Shown here piece by piece: positions 26,665-36,717 of a DNA stretch of 64,000 nt. A program made the translations under genes and the position numbers. How positions within the stretch are numbered: position 1 is the stretch's first letter; every line of letters starts with the position of its first letter. The notes under the pieces were generated by a model, which saw only the letters and a list, made by a program, of their open reading frames with translations, made no database searches and had not been told where the DNA came from. Source of the stretch: an uncultured Alphaproteobacteria bacterium (GTDB lineage: Bacteria; Pseudomonadota; Alphaproteobacteria; Methylaequorales; Methylaequoraceae). The DNA lies in NCBI GenBank assembly GCA_902579395.1, contig CACHGK010000002.1, positions 89,694-153,693 of the forward strand, read 5' to 3'.

Positions 26665-26922
26665 TTATTTTTTTAGATCAACATTGACAAAGGATTTACT
26701 TCCTGATTTTTTCTCAAATGAAACTATACCTTTTTCTAAAGCAAATATAGTGTGGTCCTTTCCAATTGAAACATTCCTACCCGGATTAAATTTGGTTCCT
26801 CTTTGCCTTATAATAATATTTCCTGGGATTACTGACTCACCTCCGTACTTTTTTACACCAAGACGTCTACCTGCACTATCTCTCCCATTTCTTGTGCTAC
26901 CTCCAGCTTTTTTATGAGCCAT
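26665..26922 (-). CDS. rpmA: 50S ribosomal protein L27
   Basis: [16 protein letters not shown]. Confidence 0.99.
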   Translation of the reverse strand: MAHKKAGGSTRNGRDSAGRRLGVKKYGGESVIPGNIIIRQRGTKFNPGRNVSIGKDHTIFALEKGIVSFEKKSGSKSFVNVDLKK

Positions 26923-27310
26923 TTTTATCTCCTTTAGTTAACGACTTATTCGTTTCAGGTTGATTAGTATTTTTTGGTTCAGACTGCGGTTTGCTTAACT
27001 TAATCTCTTCAATTTTAATTAAAGTAAGATCTTGTCTGTGACCTATTTTTCTTCTGTAATTATGTCTTCTTTTTTTCTTAAAAACTATGATTTTTTTATC
27101 TCTAATTTGATCAATAACTTTTGCAGTTATTGAAACACCTTTAACAATCGGAGAACCAATATACGCTTCACCTTTTTCATTTTTCATAAAAATAATTTCA
27201 TCAAAGGTAATTAAGTCGTCTTTTTTTTGGTTATTTAATTTTGGCAATTTAAGGAAATCTCCAACTTTGACTTTATATTGTTTTCCTCTATTTTGAAAAA
27301 TTACTGTCAT
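26912..27310 (-). CDS. rplU: 50S ribosomal protein L21
   Basis: [23 protein letters not shown]. Confidence 0.97.
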   Translation of the reverse strand: MTVIFQNRGKQYKVKVGDFLKLPKLNNQKKDDLITFDEIIFMKNEKGEAYIGSPIVKGVSITAKVIDQIRDKKIIVFKKKRRHNYRRKIGHRQDLTLIKIEEIKLSKPQSEPKNTNQPETNKSLTKGDKNGS

Positions 27311-27472
27311 CTTGCCTACTATTGGTTATAATTTTTTGATTATAATTATTCATTTTTATACAATGTGAATTTGAATTTTCAAGAAATATTTATCAATTTC
27401 TTAACTTTAAGTAATTTTTATTATCATATTATTATTTTTTATGTTATCAAAATTTAAAAATCAAAGTTTTAT

Positions 27473-28645
27473 ATGAATGATATAGTAATTACTTCCGCAA
27501 AGAGATCACCCATTGGAAAATTCATGGGAAGCCTATCAGGTTTTTCTGCCGCCGAACTTGGTAGTATGGCCATTAATTCAATCCTTTCCGATACAGGTGT
27601 TTCAAGAGATAAAATTGACCAGGTTATTATGGGACAAGTTTTGACTGGAGGTTCTGGTCAAAATCCTGCAAGACAAGCATCTATGTTATCAAACCTTCCT
27701 GAAAAGGTAAGTGCTTTAACAATTAATCAAGTTTGCGGTTCAGGTTTAAGATCAATTTCGATTGCAGCCCAATCAATTAAATTTAATGAAAGCAATATAA
27801 TCATAGCTGGGGGCCAAGAAAGTATGTCTAATGCCCATCACACAATTAATGTTAGAAACGGACTTAAAATGGGTGACGGAAAGTTAAAGGACAGCATGAT
27901 CATAGATGGCTTGTGGTGCGCAATGAATGATTACCACATGGGCACAACAGCTGAAAACATCGCTGAAAAATTTAAAATCACTAAAAAAGATCAAGATGAG
28001 TTTGCAACTCTTTCACAAAATAAAGCTGAGAATGCTCAAAAAAATGGATATTTTAAGAATGAGATATTTCCAGTCACAATAAAAACTAAAAAAGAGGAAA
28101 TCTGTTTTGATCAAGACGAATTTCCAAGACACGGCACCACTTTTGAAAAAATCAATTCACTTAAACCAGTTTTTGATAAAAATGGATCTGTAACAGCAGG
28201 AAATGCCTCAGGTTTAAATGACGGTTCTGCAGCTGTAATGATTATGCATGAAAAAAAAGCAGCAGAGATGAATTTGAAACCAATTGCTAAAATAGTTTCA
28301 TCTTCAACTGTAGGAGTTGATCCTGCTATTATGGGAATAGGCCCTGTGCCGGCGGTAAAAAATGCATTAGAGTCTGCAAATTGGGTCTTAGAAGATTTAG
28401 ATTTGATTGAAGCAAACGAAGCATTCGCTGCACAATCACTTGCTGTTTCTAAAGAGTTAAACCTTAATATGGACATAGTAAACGTTAACGGTGGTGCAAT
28501 TGCCTTAGGTCATCCTATCGGAGCTTCAGGCGCAAGAATTCTGGTTACATTAATACATGAAATGATAAGACAAGATAAAAAAAAGGGCGTAGCTACATTA
28601 TGTATCGGTGGAGGACAAGGTGTGGCAATGTGTATTGAAAGGTAG
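27473..28645 (+). CDS. phaA: Acetyl-CoA acetyltransferase (beta-ketothiolase)
   Basis: QNPARQA, QVCGSG, NEAFA, GHPIGASG, LCIGGGQG. Confidence 0.92.
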   Translation: MNDIVITSAKRSPIGKFMGSLSGFSAAELGSMAINSILSDTGVSRDKIDQVIMGQVLTGGSGQNPARQASMLSNLPEKVSALTINQVCGSGLRSISIAAQSIKFNESNIIIAGGQESMSNAHHTINVRNGLKMGDGKLKDSMIIDGLWCAMNDYHMGTTAENIAEKFKITKKDQDEFATLSQNKAENAQKNGYFKNEIFPVTIKTKKEEICFDQDEFPRHGTTFEKINSLKPVFDKNGSVTAGNASGLNDGSAAVMIMHEKKAAEMNLKPIAKIVSSSTVGVDPAIMGIGPVPAVKNALESANWVLEDLDLIEANEAFAAQSLAVSKELNLNMDIVNVNGGAIALGHPIGASGARILVTLIHEMIRQDKKKGVATLCIGGGQGVAMCIER

Positions 28646-28647
28646 TT

Positions 28648-29370
28648 ATGAGTAAAATTGCATTAGTTACTGGAGGAACCAGGGGTATTGGAGAGTCAAT
28701 ATCAAAAAAACTAAAATCCTCAGGCATTCATGTTATAGCTAACTATGCAAGCAATGACGATTCTGCTAAAAAATTTGCATCAGAATCCAATATTGATGTA
28801 GTAAAATGGGACGTTAGTAGCTTTGGTGAATGTGAAAAAAATGTTTCCCAGATTTATGAAAAATATAAAAATATCGATATTTTAGTTAATAACGCAGGTA
28901 TTACTAGGGATGCACCTCTTCACAAAATGTCTTTGGAAAATTGGGAAAAAGTCGTGAGTGTCAACTTAAATTCAGTTTTTAATATGACATCTTTAGTTAT
29001 TAATAAAATGAGAGAAAATCAATTTGGAAGAATAGTCCACATCTCTTCTATTAATGGTCAAAAAGGCCAATTTGGTCAGACAAATTATGCTGCAACAAAA
29101 TCAGCACTTATTGGATTTTCAAAATCCCTAGCTTTAGAAAGTGCAAGTAAAGGTATCACATCTAATGTTATCTGCCCAGGGTACATCAATACAGAAATGG
29201 TGGCAGCAATTCGAGAGGATATTTTAAAATCAATCATAGATACAATCCCTAACAAAAGATTGGGTGAATCAGACGAAATTGCCGAAATGGTTCAATATCT
29301 TATTTCAGAAAAAGCAAGTTACATAAACGGATCAACTATTTCAATAAATGGCGGATTGTGGATGGATTAG
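28648..29370 (+). CDS. phaB: Acetoacetyl-CoA reductase
   Basis: TGGTRGIG, NNAGITRD, SSINGQKGQFGQTNYAATK; follows the thiolase. Confidence 0.92.
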   Translation: MSKIALVTGGTRGIGESISKKLKSSGIHVIANYASNDDSAKKFASESNIDVVKWDVSSFGECEKNVSQIYEKYKNIDILVNNAGITRDAPLHKMSLENWEKVVSVNLNSVFNMTSLVINKMRENQFGRIVHISSINGQKGQFGQTNYAATKSALIGFSKSLALESASKGITSNVICPGYINTEMVAAIREDILKSIIDTIPNKRLGESDEIAEMVQYLISEKASYINGSTISINGGLWMD

Positions 29371-30155
29371 AATTCATCCTTCATCTTTCGTAATTTCTTA
29401 AAATTTTCCTCGTCCGATATATTTTTTATTCCTATTAAATCTAAAAATTTTTTGTCATCAAATTTCATAAATGGATTTAATTCAATTTCTTCACTTATTG
29501 TAGATGGAATGGTTGGCTCAGACTTTTCTCTTTTTTTTTGTATTTGTTGAATTTTTTTCTTTAATTTTTCATCAGTCGAATTTAAATGAAATGCAAATTT
29601 TGCATTTGACTCAGTATATTCATGGCCACAATATAATTTAGTATTACCAGGCAAAGATCTAAGTTTCAAAATTGATTCTACCATTTGCTCACAAGAACCT
29701 TCAAATAGTCTTCCACAACCTAAGGAAAATAGTGTATCTCCAGAAAATAATGTCGAATTATCCTCAAAGTGATAACAAATATGACCAACAGTGTGCCCTG
29801 GCGTTTCTATCACTATTAAATCATTGTTCCCAACACTGAATGTTTCTGAATCTTTAAGCTCAATATCTATACCTGGAATTCTATCTCTATCGTGATAATT
29901 ACCGACAATCTTACATTCATATTTTTTTTTTAGTAAAAGATTACCCCCTACATGATCAATATGATGATGAGTACTTAAAATATAATCTAATTTAAGATCA
30001 TTCTCTTTTAAACATTTGTCTATTTCATCAAAATTACCAGGATCAATGCATGCTGTAATTGCAGAATTTTCATCTGAAATTAAATAAGAATAATTATCTG
30101 TCAATATTGGTATTTGTATAATTTTAAACAGCTTATTTTCCTTTTTTTGATACAC
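29367..30155 (-). CDS. gloB: Hydroxyacylglutathione hydrolase (glyoxalase II)
   Basis: THHHIDHVGG, TPGHT, GDTLFSLGCGRLFEG, CGHEYT. Confidence 0.95.
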   Translation of the reverse strand: MYQKKENKLFKIIQIPILTDNYSYLISDENSAITACIDPGNFDEIDKCLKENDLKLDYILSTHHHIDHVGGNLLLKKKYECKIVGNYHDRDRIPGIDIELKDSETFSVGNNDLIVIETPGHTVGHICYHFEDNSTLFSGDTLFSLGCGRLFEGSCEQMVESILKLRSLPGNTKLYCGHEYTESNAKFAFHLNSTDEKLKKKIQQIQKKREKSEPTIPSTISEEIELNPFMKFDDKKFLDLIGIKNISDEENFKKLRKMKDEF

Positions 30156-30741
30156 AAAATAAAACTTGGTATGCTATTAAATTTGATAAAAAATTGTTTT
30201 TCATTTCAATTCCTTTTTCATTAAGACAAATTAGTCGAAGGATATTAATATCATTTGTACGACAGAAAATCTTAAAATCTTGAATCGAGCACAAATGAAT
30301 ATTTGGTGTATTATACCAGTCGTATGGCAGAATCTTATTCTTTGGCATCAACCCACTAAATAAAAAATCTTTTCTTACCTTCCAATATGCAAAATTTGGG
30401 AAAGAAATAATTGCTCTTTTGCCAATCCTTATGAGATTTTTAATTACAATATCTGGATAAATCATTGCTTGTATTGTTTGACTAAGAATTACCGTACTAA
30501 AAGCATTATTTGGATAATCTTCTAAATCAAAATTCGCATCACCTTGAATAACTGACAACCCTTTCTTTACACACTGATTCACACCTAATTGTTTTATTTC
30601 AATTCCTCTACAGTCAGCGCTTTTTTTTTTTGAGAGATAATCCAATAAAACACCATTACCACAACCAACATCTAATATCTTTTCATTGTTGTGAATCAAC
30701 TGAGAAATTACATATAGATCGTTTCTTAAAATGCTTTTCAT
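30133..30741 (-). CDS. metW: Methionine biosynthesis protein MetW
   Basis: LDVGCGNG, ISFPNFAYW, WYNTPNIHL; follows metX. Confidence 0.93.
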   Translation of the reverse strand: MKSILRNDLYVISQLIHNNEKILDVGCGNGVLLDYLSKKKSADCRGIEIKQLGVNQCVKKGLSVIQGDANFDLEDYPNNAFSTVILSQTIQAMIYPDIVIKNLIRIGKRAIISFPNFAYWKVRKDFLFSGLMPKNKILPYDWYNTPNIHLCSIQDFKIFCRTNDINILRLICLNEKGIEMKNNFLSNLIAYQVLFCVSKKGK

Positions 30742-31859
30742 ATTCTTTGTTGAATTATTTGTCCTTCTATAAATCCTCTCAATGTAGCATGAAATTCTGG
30801 TTCATCTAATAAAAAAGCATCATGTCCCTTATCTGTTTTTACCTCTACAAAACTGACCATGGAGTTTGAGCTATTTAAAGACTTAATGATTATTTTTGTT
30901 TCTGATGTCGGAAATAACCAATCAGATGTAAATGTAAAGAAACAAAACTTCACATTTGTATTTTTAAAAACTTTGGGCAGTCCCCCTTTTTTAACCGATA
31001 AATCAAAATAATCCATTGCTTTTGTAATATATAAATAACTGTTTGCGTCAAATCTTTGCACAAATGAACTACCTTGATGTTTCAAATAACTCTCTATTTG
31101 AAAATCTGTATCAAAATTAAAAGAAAAGAAGTCACTATTTTGTAAATTTCTTCCAAATTTTCTCTGCAAAGCAGTTTCCGATAGATATGTTATATGCGCT
31201 ATCATCCTAGCGACCGACAAACCTCCTTTTGGGTTGGTTTTATTTTTATAGTAGTTACCTTTATTCCAACTTAAGTCAGCCATTATGGCTTGCCTACCTA
31301 TCTCATGAAAAGCAATGTTCTGAGCAGAATGTCTATATGATGTAGCAATCGGAATTGCTGCATTAATCTTTTTGTTAAATTTTGTTGCCCATTCAAGAAC
31401 TTGCATGCCTCCCATAGATCCTCCTATTACTGCAAATAGTTTTTTTATTCCTAAACTTGAAACTAATTTTTCCTGAACTCTAACCATATCACTAATAGTA
31501 ATCACCGGAAACATTAATCCATATGGTTTTTGTGTTTTAGGGTTTATTGAAGAAGGACCAGTACTGCCCATGCACCCACCTAATACATTACAACAGATAA
31601 CAAAGAAAATATTTGTGTCTATCACTTTTCCAGGTCCAATTAGAATATTCCACCATCCTTTTTTATTTGTGATTGGATTGATACCTGTACAATATTGGTC
31701 CCCAGATAATGCATGACATACTAAAATTGCATTAGATTTATTTTTATTCAATTTTCCGAAAGTTTTATAAGCTATTTCACATAAATTTATGTATTTTCCT
31801 GAATCAAGCTTAACTGGATCTTTTAATTTAAGCGTCTCATATGCTTTTTTAACTTTCAT
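30738..31859 (-). CDS. metX: Homoserine O-acetyltransferase
   Basis: CHALSGD, NVLGGCMGSTGP, GGSMGGMQ, RFDANSY, GHDAFL. Confidence 0.95.
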   Translation of the reverse strand: MKVKKAYETLKLKDPVKLDSGKYINLCEIAYKTFGKLNKNKSNAILVCHALSGDQYCTGINPITNKKGWWNILIGPGKVIDTNIFFVICCNVLGGCMGSTGPSSINPKTQKPYGLMFPVITISDMVRVQEKLVSSLGIKKLFAVIGGSMGGMQVLEWATKFNKKINAAIPIATSYRHSAQNIAFHEIGRQAIMADLSWNKGNYYKNKTNPKGGLSVARMIAHITYLSETALQRKFGRNLQNSDFFSFNFDTDFQIESYLKHQGSSFVQRFDANSYLYITKAMDYFDLSVKKGGLPKVFKNTNVKFCFFTFTSDWLFPTSETKIIIKSLNSSNSMVSFVEVKTDKGHDAFLLDEPEFHATLRGFIEGQIIQQRI

Positions 31860-31880
31860 TTTACTTTTGTTTAAAATAAT

Positions 31881-31922
31881 TTGACTTAAAACGCATCATA
31901 ACTATGTTGAATAAGTAGTCAA
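31881..31922. promoter_or_regulatory. Candidate overlapping divergent sigma70 promoters for hisC (+) and metX (-)
   Basis: Plus strand: TTGACT(31881-86)-16 nt-TATGTT(31903-08). Minus strand: TTGACT(31922-17)-16 nt-TATGAT(31900-895). Confidence 0.45.
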
Positions 31923-31949
31923 AATAAATTTATTTTGAAAGCAAGTTAT

Positions 31950-33047
31950 ATGGCTAAATTTAACATTGAAGATTTTATTAAACCTTCAATAAACCAAATT
32001 GAAAAGTATTTACCTGGCAAGTCTGCAGATTTTGGAAATAAAGATTTTATAAAATTGTCCTCCAATGAATCACCTTTTACTGCTCCAAAAAGAGTATTTC
32101 AAAAAGCTGCGGATTTATTGATTTCATCAAATTTTTATCCTGACGGAGATTCAATACTTCTGAAGAAATCATTAGCTAAGAAATATAAATTAGAATCAAA
32201 AAATATCGTTTGTGGTAATGGATCTGATGATATCTTGTCAATAATAGCACAAACCTTTTCAACTGAGGGCTGTGAAGTTATATGCAGTGAGTATGGATTT
32301 ATTTACTATCCGATTATAGCCAAAGCTGCAGGGTGCAGAGTGATCACTGCACAATCAAATAATTTAGGTGTTTCATGCGAAAATATTTTGGAAAAAATTA
32401 ATAACAAAACTAGAATAATTTTTATTGCAAACCCTAATAACCCTACTGGAACCATTATTTTTAAGGAAGAGCTTATTAAATTTTTAAAAAAAGTACCTAA
32501 AAATATCATTGTTGTTTTGGACGGGGCCTATTCCGAATTCATAACTGACAAAAGGTACACAGATGGTATAGATTTGATTAAAGATTTTGAAAATTTAATT
32601 GTAACAAGAACTTTTTCAAAGATTTACGCACTTGCCGGACTTAGACTTGGATGGGCTTATGCAAATAAAAAAATAATTGAATTACTTGAGAAAGTTAGAG
32701 GACCTTTTAATGTGAATCTCATAGCACAAAACATCGGCATGTTAATTCTCAAGGAAAATAATTTCATAAAAAATTCAATAAAACATAACGATAAGTGGAG
32801 AAAAATACTCCCTGAGAGATTGAATAATCTTGGTTTAATTTCTTACGAATCTTTTGCTAATTTTGTCTTAGTAAAAATTGACAAAAAAAAATATTCAAAA
32901 AAATATATTCTAAATTCATTACAAAAAAGAAAAATTTTAGTTAGAGATTTAAATAATTATAAATTATTTGATTTCTTTAGAGTATCAATAGGTTCTTCTC
33001 CTAATTTAAATAAGTTTCTTAAAGAAATAGAATTAATAGTCAGATAA
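31950..33047 (+). CDS. hisC: Histidinol-phosphate aminotransferase (ATG at 31950 preferred over TTG 31935)
   Basis: KLSSNE, GNGSDD, ANPNNPTG, TRTFSKIYALAGLRLGW. Confidence 0.95.
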   Translation: MAKFNIEDFIKPSINQIEKYLPGKSADFGNKDFIKLSSNESPFTAPKRVFQKAADLLISSNFYPDGDSILLKKSLAKKYKLESKNIVCGNGSDDILSIIAQTFSTEGCEVICSEYGFIYYPIIAKAAGCRVITAQSNNLGVSCENILEKINNKTRIIFIANPNNPTGTIIFKEELIKFLKKVPKNIIVVLDGAYSEFITDKRYTDGIDLIKDFENLIVTRTFSKIYALAGLRLGWAYANKKIIELLEKVRGPFNVNLIAQNIGMLILKENNFIKNSIKHNDKWRKILPERLNNLGLISYESFANFVLVKIDKKKYSKKYILNSLQKRKILVRDLNNYKLFDFFRVSIGSSPNLNKFLKEIELIVR

Positions 33048-33055
33048 AATAAACT

Positions 33056-33925
33056 TTGATGTTTAAAGAAATTACTATAATAGGTCCCGGTCTTATCGGA
33101 GCTTCTTTAGCTCTTGCTATAAGATCCAAAAAAATATGTAACAAAATTATTGGAATTGATTCCTCAAAAAAAAATTTAGATGATGCTATAAATAGAAATA
33201 TTATTGATGAGGCGAGAAAGGATATTGATGCAAGGATAAGTTCTAGCTCGATAATCTTTATTTGCACACCGGTTAGTTCAATTGACAATATAATAAAAAA
33301 AATATCTTATTTCTCAAATAAAAATCAAATTATTACGGATGTTGGATCTGTAAAAAATATCTTTTCAAAAAGAACACTGTCAAATAATGGTCTCAGGTAT
33401 TCTTTAGTTCCAGGCCACCCTATTGCAGGCACTGAGCATTCTGGAGCTAGAAATGCAGAAATAGATTTATTTAAAAATAAATGGTGCATCTTAACACCCT
33501 ATAAAAAAAGGAGTAAAAGTGTAAAAATAATTTCAAAAATCTATAAGAAAATAGGAATGAAAGTTTCAGTAATGTCGACTCTAGAACATGATAAAATAAT
33601 GTCAATAACATCTCATCTTCCACATCTGATTGCTTTTACCATAGTAGGCACAGCATTTAATCTAAATATTAAAAAAAAAAATGAACTTATTAATTTTTCA
33701 GCTGGAGGATTTAAAGATTTCACTAGAATAGGTTCCTCAGATCCCAAAATGTGGACCGATATTTTTATTAAAAATAAAAAATATTTAATGAAGACACTTG
33801 AACTTTTTTTGAAAGATATTGAAGTAATTAAAAGGGACATTAAAAATAACAAAGTTGAGGAAATATTTAACCTTCTAAAAAGAACAAAAAAGATAAGAAA
33901 GAGTATTTTAGAAAAAGGAATTTAA
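33056..33925 (+). CDS. tyrC: Prephenate/arogenate (cyclohexadienyl) dehydrogenase
   Basis: IIGPGLIGAS, TDVGSVK, GHPIAGTE, SHLPH, GFKDFTRI; follows hisC. Confidence 0.9.
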   Translation: MMFKEITIIGPGLIGASLALAIRSKKICNKIIGIDSSKKNLDDAINRNIIDEARKDIDARISSSSIIFICTPVSSIDNIIKKISYFSNKNQIITDVGSVKNIFSKRTLSNNGLRYSLVPGHPIAGTEHSGARNAEIDLFKNKWCILTPYKKRSKSVKIISKIYKKIGMKVSVMSTLEHDKIMSITSHLPHLIAFTIVGTAFNLNIKKKNELINFSAGGFKDFTRIGSSDPKMWTDIFIKNKKYLMKTLELFLKDIEVIKRDIKNNKVEEIFNLLKRTKKIRKSILEKGI

Positions 33926-33932
33926 ATGGTTT

Positions 33933-34619
33933 TTAATAAAATGATTTCTTAAGAATATCTATGATTTTTTCTTTGCTGGATACATTTTTAATTAATGGAA
34001 AAATTTTTACATTTATTGTACCGCTTTTTTTTGAAAATTTTTTGTTGATCCAGTGATCACCAGAATTCAATTTTATTGGAAGAATTGGAATTTTTAAAAA
34101 TTTATGAATTGCAAAAAAGCCTGGATTAATCTTTCCAGTTTCTCCAGGGGATAATCTTGTACCTTCTGGAAAGATAACAAAAACTTTCTTTTGATTCTTA
34201 GTTAATCTTCTTGCAGATCTGAGGACTGTCTTTAAAGACTTAAAAGTTTTATTTCTTTCAACGAAAATAAATCCTAATCTATTGAAATATCCTCTTAAAA
34301 TCGGTATTTGCTTTAGTTCATCTTTTAAAATATAAACAGACCCAGGAAACAAAGAACCAAAAAAGAATGTTTCCCAAGCCGATTGATGATTGCTCGCTAC
34401 AATAAATGACCCTTCTTTGGGGATATTTTCCAAACCTGAAATAAAGTAGTCGATCCCTAAAATAATTTTTGATAGCTTTATTACCGATCTCGTCCATAAA
34501 TTTGACAGATATACTACAAACTTGTAACTAAATAGTTGGACTGGTGAGAATGTTAAAAAGAAACACACCGTTCCAAAATAAAAAAATATATAAAATATAA
34601 AACTTCTAAAAAAGTTCAT
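33933..34619 (-). CDS. plsC: 1-acyl-sn-glycerol-3-phosphate acyltransferase family
   Basis: SNHQSAWET, IFPEGTR. Confidence 0.88.
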   Translation of the reverse strand: MNFFRSFIFYIFFYFGTVCFFLTFSPVQLFSYKFVVYLSNLWTRSVIKLSKIILGIDYFISGLENIPKEGSFIVASNHQSAWETFFFGSLFPGSVYILKDELKQIPILRGYFNRLGFIFVERNKTFKSLKTVLRSARRLTKNQKKVFVIFPEGTRLSPGETGKINPGFFAIHKFLKIPILPIKLNSGDHWINKKFSKKSGTINVKIFPLIKNVSSKEKIIDILKKSFY

Positions 34620-35208
34620 TGCGATGAAAAAAAGTATAAATAATTTTGAAATACTCTAGTGTTATAATTCTAGCGTGAAAAATAAAGTTTTCATTAAATA
34701 CTATTTTATAATCTGCAGGTATAAGAAATATTTCTTTATCAGTAATTAAATTGTTAAAAATTAAAAAACTCCTTGGCAAGTGGTAATAAGAACTAACTAA
34801 AGTTATTTTTTCAATTTTTTGATTGAGATTTAGCCATTTTGCAACCTCTAGAGCATTTTCATAGGTATTTTTTGAATTTTTGTCATATATTATACAACAA
34901 TTATTGTTTACTAATTGTTTATCTATATCATCTTTAATTTCAAATTCTGATTCTTTAAAAACACCTGAAATAAATAAATAATCACCGTAATTTCTTTTAA
35001 ATAATTCTATTCCTTTCTTTATTCTCCCTTTACCACCAGTTAAAACAATAATTGCTGAATTAGATTTATTTGAAAGTTCATCTGTGAGATAGATTTTTTT
35101 TGGGAATATATTAAATAAAATAATTAGCCACCAAATAAATGCTAATAAGTTTATTAATAAAAAAATAACAATTAATTTCTTAAAATTTGTCAAAAAATCT
35201 TTTCTCAA
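34606..35208 (-). CDS. YdcF/DUF218 (ElyC-like) membrane-anchored protein
   Basis: IIVLTGGKGRI, LFISG, NTYENA, LVSSYYHLPRS, EYFK; usual position between ftsX and plsC. Confidence 0.85.
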   Translation of the reverse strand: MRKDFLTNFKKLIVIFLLINLLAFIWWLIILFNIFPKKIYLTDELSNKSNSAIIVLTGGKGRIKKGIELFKRNYGDYLFISGVFKESEFEIKDDIDKQLVNNNCCIIYDKNSKNTYENALEVAKWLNLNQKIEKITLVSSYYHLPRSFLIFNNLITDKEIFLIPADYKIVFNENFIFHARIITLEYFKIIYTFFHRNELF

Positions 35209-36076
35209 AAAAATAAAATAAGTATGACATCAAAAAAAATAACAATAAAACTAAAAATAAAAGAATAAAAGTTACTAAAGTAATTAAAGTCTTGATATTG
35301 ATTTCAAAAAAAAATGATGTATTAAAAAAATCAAAATTAACTCCAAATAATTTTATAAGTAAAATGCTAACGAAATAAACGAAAATTATGCTTAAAATTG
35401 CACCAGGGATAATCTTCCTAATAACACTTTGCGAAATATTTTTAGACAATTCAAAGCTACTTGCACCCATAATCTGTAACATTTCTAAAAATTTGAAATT
35501 GCTCACCAATGCAGCTTTCACAACATTCATTACTAAAAAAGAAAATAATATCACAATTACTGAAGACATCATGAAAATTATAAGTTTAATTCTGCTCACT
35601 AAGGATGATATTTCAAAAAGTTCGTCTTGATGAGAATATTTTTCTGTAAGTCTATTTTCAGAAAGATTAATTATTTGTGCGTAGATATTATCAACATATT
35701 CCCTATCACCTGTTTCAATCTGAAAAATAAAAGGTAGCCTCAGTCCTGACATATCAGAAAAATTTGTAAGCCCTAAACTTTCCTTAATAAGATCGTTTTG
35801 AATTATTTTGTATTTAAGTTTATTTTCATTAGATAAAAAATCTTCAATATTCTCTGTAATATTTAAAGGTATTTTTTTTTCGTCAGAATAATTACTAATA
35901 ATAAAAGTTGTTTTTTTTGATTCAGACTCCAGCCAAATACTAGAAAAGGTATAAAAATTAAAATATATTGCAATATGAATTGTGATCAAACTTATTACAA
36001 CAAAAGATAAACCATGAAAAAATTTTTCCTCTTCTTTTAGTAAAGTTTTTTTTAATAGTTCTTGTACTTGTATCAT
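35180..36076 (-). CDS. ftsX: Cell-division permease FtsX-like (highly divergent)
   Basis: One N-terminal plus three C-terminal TM segments, LEMLQIMGAS motif; ftsE-ftsX-ydcF-plsC synteny. Confidence 0.7.
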   Translation of the reverse strand: MIQVQELLKKTLLKEEEKFFHGLSFVVISLITIHIAIYFNFYTFSSIWLESESKKTTFIISNYSDEKKIPLNITENIEDFLSNENKLKYKIIQNDLIKESLGLTNFSDMSGLRLPFIFQIETGDREYVDNIYAQIINLSENRLTEKYSHQDELFEISSLVSRIKLIIFMMSSVIVILFSFLVMNVVKAALVSNFKFLEMLQIMGASSFELSKNISQSVIRKIIPGAILSIIFVYFVSILLIKLFGVNFDFFNTSFFFEINIKTLITLVTFILLFLVLLLFFLMSYLFYFFEKRFFDKF

Positions 36077-36085
36077 TTTAAATCT

Positions 36086-36715
36086 CTATAATTCAAAAAG
36101 TTTATAATCTTTTTTTATCTCGGGCAAATTATTAGCTGTCATTATAATAGTTGTTCCAATCTTACTTAATGATTCAAACAAAAAGAATATTTTTTTTTTC
36201 GATTCTTGGTCAAGATAAGTTTCAGGCTGATCTGCAACTATAATACTAGGATTATTTATAAGTGCTCTTGCAATAACTACTTTCTGTTTTTGACTATTAG
36301 ATAGATTTGTTACTTTTTCATCTTTTATATCATTGAGCTCAAGCCAACCGGAAATTTCAGACATTCTATTAATAAATTCTGATTCAGAATTTTGAATTTG
36401 ACTTGCAAGTTCAATGTTTTGGAAAACAGAAAAGAATGGAATTAAATAATCATTCTGAAGTATTATTCCCATTTTTTTTCTAAACTCATTTATTTCTTTC
36501 TTTGAGTTATTAGAAATTTTTCTTCCTTTTAAATACAAATTTCCTGAAGATGGCAAAACTTTTAGATAAAATAATTTTAGAAGAAGTGATTTTCCAGTAG
36601 CATTTGAACCTTTAATCACCAAAAAATCGCCTTTTCTTATTTTAAGACTAATATTTTGTATCGATTTTTTTTTTGAAATTATTGAAATTCGGTCTAAGAA
36701 AAAAATATTTTCCAT
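36086..36715 (-). CDS. ftsE: FtsE-like ABC ATPase with degenerate catalytic motifs
   Basis: GSNATGKS Walker A, LSNSQKQKVVIARALINNP, ADQP; synteny with ftsX. Confidence 0.75.
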   Translation of the reverse strand: MENIFFLDRISIISKKKSIQNISLKIRKGDFLVIKGSNATGKSLLLKLFYLKVLPSSGNLYLKGRKISNNSKKEINEFRKKMGIILQNDYLIPFFSVFQNIELASQIQNSESEFINRMSEISGWLELNDIKDEKVTNLSNSQKQKVVIARALINNPSIIVADQPETYLDQESKKKIFFLFESLSKIGTTIIMTANNLPEIKKDYKLFEL

Positions 36716-36717
36716 TA

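Noticed and set aside
31860-31934. SAM-II/SAM-V riboswitch upstream of metX
   Set aside because: No recognisable pseudoknot or consensus by eye, and the space is taken by promoter-like elements; an Infernal/Rfam scan would be decisive
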